DNA of 49,850 bases from Chthoniobacteraceae bacterium (GTDB lineage Bacteria; Verrucomicrobiota; Verrucomicrobiia; Chthoniobacterales; Chthoniobacteraceae): positions 1 through 49,850 of the forward strand of contig JANNXQ010000208.1 in NCBI GenBank assembly GCA_031409655.1. Reading direction: 5' to 3'. A program made the position numbers and the translations under genes. Shown here in pieces: positions 47,415 to 49,850 of the stretch. Position 1 is the stretch's first letter, and each line of letters opens with the position of its first letter. The notes under the pieces were generated by a model, which was not told the origin of the DNA, ran no database searches, and worked only from the letters and a program-made list of their open reading frames with translations.

Positions 47415-48674
47415 CTATGGCATCGGCAAAGGCGCAGCCTCCTCCGTGGCGAGGATCTCCACCGCGGGGCTGGCGCGTAGGATCACGAGGGCGCTCAGCA
47501 AGCCGAGGATGGCACAGGCCGACCAAAGACACGCTGGCGAGATTTTCATGAGCTGGGAACCGAGGTAGGGGCCAAAGATGGCCGACGAATTCCAGGCCAG
47601 CGCGAGGGTGCCGAGATAGCGGCCGCGCAGGGCTTCGGGAGCGAGGCGGGCGACGTAGGCACCGCTCACGGGAGCGCTGATGATTTCGCCGAGGGTGAAG
47701 ATGGTCATGGCGGTGAAGAGCAGCGGGAGGCTGTGGGCAAAGCCATTGAGGGCGAAGCCGCCGCCGAGGAGCACGTAGCCAAAGGCCATGGTGCGGCCCG
47801 GGTGGAAGCGCTGGGTCCAGCCGGAGAGCGGGAGTTCGCAAAGCGCGACCATGACGCCATTCCACCCGATGAGCAGGCCGTAGATGGCCTCGGGCCGGAG
47901 CGACCAGCCAAAGAGATCGAGCGTGAGACCGGCGTGGGTGATGTGGAGCGAATAGGTGGTGCCGCACTGCATGACGATGAGCGCCGAGAAAAAGACGGAG
48001 GCGAAGAGCGCGTGAAAGGCGCGGTCCTGGCGCACCTGACGGAGGGCGACGCTCCAGGGCGCCTGCCGGGTCTGACCGCGCAGGCCGTGCGGGAGGGCGA
48101 CGAGCGCGACGGCGGCATAGACGAGCGTGGTGAGGGCGTCGCCAGCGAAGAGCCAGAAGAAGGAATAGTTTGCCAGCACTCCACCAAGCGCGGCGCCGCA
48201 GGCGAAGCCCGCATTCGCCGCGAGGCGGAAGGCCGCGTAGGCCCGCACGCGCAGGTCCGGTGGCACCACATCCGCGAGCAGGGCGCTGGCCGCGGGATGG
48301 TAGGTGCCGCTGGCCGCGCCCATGAACATCGTGGCGAGGATCACGGCGGGGAGGGAGCCAGCCGCGTAGAGCAGCATGACCGCGACGGCGGCGGCGGCGG
48401 AACCGAGCACGATGGTCTGGCGCCGCCCGAGATGATCCGCCAGCCAGCCCCCGAGGATGCTGCCGCCAGCGCTCCCGACCCCGTAGGCACCGACCGCACA
48501 CGCTGCAGCGGTGAGAGAGTGGCCCTGGCGCGTGAGATAGATGGTCAGGAAGGGCCAGACAAAAGTGCCGACCCGATTGATGAAGGTCCCAGCAAAGAGC
48601 ACCCAGAACGGTCGCGGCAAAGCGCGGAGGTCGTCGAGCAGACGAGGGGGAGGTGGGAGGGCGGGCGGTTTCAT
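47415..48674 (-). CDS. MFS transporter (MdtH-like, probable exporter)
   Basis: GGWLADHLGRR motif A, about 12 TMs, TLGEII..P, RGRY.G. Confidence 0.92.
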   Translation of the reverse strand: MKPPALPPPPRLLDDLRALPRPFWVLFAGTFINRVGTFVWPFLTIYLTRQGHSLTAAACAVGAYGVGSAGGSILGGWLADHLGRRQTIVLGSAAAAVAVMLLYAAGSLPAVILATMFMGAASGTYHPAASALLADVVPPDLRVRAYAAFRLAANAGFACGAALGGVLANYSFFWLFAGDALTTLVYAAVALVALPHGLRGQTRQAPWSVALRQVRQDRAFHALFASVFFSALIVMQCGTTYSLHITHAGLTLDLFGWSLRPEAIYGLLIGWNGVMVALCELPLSGWTQRFHPGRTMAFGYVLLGGGFALNGFAHSLPLLFTAMTIFTLGEIISAPVSGAYVARLAPEALRGRYLGTLALAWNSSAIFGPYLGSQLMKISPACLWSACAILGLLSALVILRASPAVEILATEEAAPLPMP

Positions 48675-48676
48675 GC

Positions 48677-48716
48677 GAAAGGAAAAACCCTGCGCACCTT
48701 TCGGCGGGCAGGGTTT
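48677..48716 (-). terminator. Intrinsic terminator (attenuator) just upstream of the MFS start
   Basis: AAACCCUGC-CCGCC-GAAA-GGUGC-GCAGGGUUU-UUCCUUU on the minus strand. Confidence 0.75.
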
Positions 48717-48746
48717 CTCGAGATCGGGACTTGGCTAGTTGGGCAA

Positions 48747-48836
48747 CTATGCGGTCATCGGGAGGAAACCCTGGGCGCCAAAGGTCGGGACCGTTCGGAC
48801 GGAGGATGGGAGTTGGGGTTTGGCGAGGCCTTGCAT
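48747..48836 (-). CDS. Putative leader peptide MQGLAKPQLPSSVRTVPTFGAQGFLPMTA
   Basis: 29-codon ATG..TAG ORF between the promoter and terminator; contains the antiterminator CAGGGTTTC. Confidence 0.55.
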   Translation of the reverse strand: MQGLAKPQLPSSVRTVPTFGAQGFLPMTA

Positions 48837-48847
48837 AGAGCACTGGG

Positions 48848-48876
48848 AGGGTTCCGTTTCGCCGCTGCGCCGTCAA
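48848..48876 (-). promoter_or_regulatory. Putative sigma70 promoter
   Basis: TTGACG-17bp-AACCCT, 11 nt before the leader ATG. Confidence 0.5.
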
Positions 48877-49020
48877 GCGTTCCCGCGGTGCAGCCGTGAC
48901 GGCGCCGTTGTTTGCGGAGGACTCTGGCTGCGGAAAGTTATTTCTAAGAAGTGCGACTTTCGGTTTGCCGTCGCAATCGACAACCGTATCCTTCCCTCTC
49001 CAAAAATTCCCACCCGCACT

Positions 49021-49716
49021 ATGAAATCCTCCAAAACAAATGCTTTCACCCTCATCGAATTGCTCGTCGTGATCTCCATCATCGCGATCCTGGCCAGTAT
49101 CGCCGTCCCGGTCTTTGGCAAGGCCCAGGAAAGTGCGACGCGCACCAAGGCGCTGTCGAATGGCAAGCAGATCGGCCTCGCCTGCCGCCTCTTTTCCCAG
49201 GACTACAATGGCCTCTTTCCGCAATACACCGACCCGGTGAAGAAGACCGGCGAGCCCACCGATTCAAATGTTCTCTTCGCCACGCTGATCCCTGACTACT
49301 GCGCGGATGAGACGATCTTCACGATCCCCAAATCCGCCTACTCAAAGCGGGGTGCGGATGGAAACATCACGGGCGCCAAAGCCCTCGAAACCGGTGAAAA
49401 TGCGTGGGCTTACATGCTGGACCTGAGCGACACGTCGAATTCCCGCTGGCCGCTCATCGTGACGGCACCTTCCGACGATCGTGAAAACTACTCAACGGAC
49501 GAAAGCGAAAAAGGCGGCCTCTGGCGTGGGGAATACGCCGTGGCCGTCCGCTGTGACATGAGCGCGACGATCGAGAAGTGCGTGAAGGAATCCAAGACGA
49601 GCAAGAAGTCGCACATCAAGCGGGACGACGATCCTTCGAAGAGCGCCCTCACCAAGGAAGTCGGCGGCGAAACGCCGTGGCTCACCAAGGACTCGAAGCT
49701 CCTGATCCCGAACTGA
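49021..49716 (+). CDS. Prepilin-type N-terminal cleavage/methylation domain protein
   Basis: AFTLIELLVVISIIAILASIA.P...AQE.A......SN.KQIG. Confidence 0.92.
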   Translation: MKSSKTNAFTLIELLVVISIIAILASIAVPVFGKAQESATRTKALSNGKQIGLACRLFSQDYNGLFPQYTDPVKKTGEPTDSNVLFATLIPDYCADETIFTIPKSAYSKRGADGNITGAKALETGENAWAYMLDLSDTSNSRWPLIVTAPSDDRENYSTDESEKGGLWRGEYAVAVRCDMSATIEKCVKESKTSKKSHIKRDDDPSKSALTKEVGGETPWLTKDSKLLIPN

Positions 49717-49749
49717 TCCCAGCGCGGCCTCGACCGCAGCACGTTTGCG

Positions 49750-49788
49750 AAACGCCCGCTCCATTTGCTTGGAGCGGGCGTTTTGTTT
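49750..49788 (+). terminator. Intrinsic terminator
   Basis: AAACGCCCGCTCCA-tttgct-TGGAGCGGGCGTTT-TGTTT. Confidence 0.8.
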
Positions 49789-49850
49789 CGCGGCGCTGCA
49801 AGCCCGGGAGCGCCGCCGTCCTCGGGCAGCAGCGTGCGCTCCGCGCGGAG

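Noticed and set aside
48739..49020. Extended N-terminus of the prepilin ORF
   Set aside because: The prepilin motif requires the start at ATG49021; the upstream region holds the divergent attenuator

Overview
High-GC bacterial chromosomal segment. The gene content (PVC-type heme-binding CxxCH protein, PSD1/DUF1549-DUF1553 cytochrome protein, exosortase/EpsI, prepilin-type protein, Calx-beta protein with C-terminal 'STNL..W...FYR' tail) points to Verrucomicrobia, probably Chthoniobacter/Spartobacteria-like; this is an inference. It holds about 43 CDSs: nadE, surface-glycan genes, exosortase-epsI, a probable amino-sugar catabolic operon, moeA/moaD/moaE, glcD/glcF, xseA, peptidases and transporters, with two type II toxin-antitoxin pairs inserted inside operons. 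No rRNA, tRNA or CRISPR array was seen. The most interesting signals are non-coding. (1) A complete promoter, 29-aa leader peptide, antiterminator and terminator (attenuator-like) lie upstream of an MFS exporter. (2) Three stacked, truncated RAYT transposase 5' fragments sit next to a REP arm. (3) Many different REP/REPIN families are present, one of which supplies the stop codons of two convergent genes. All functional calls come from motif recognition by eye; no database searches were run.
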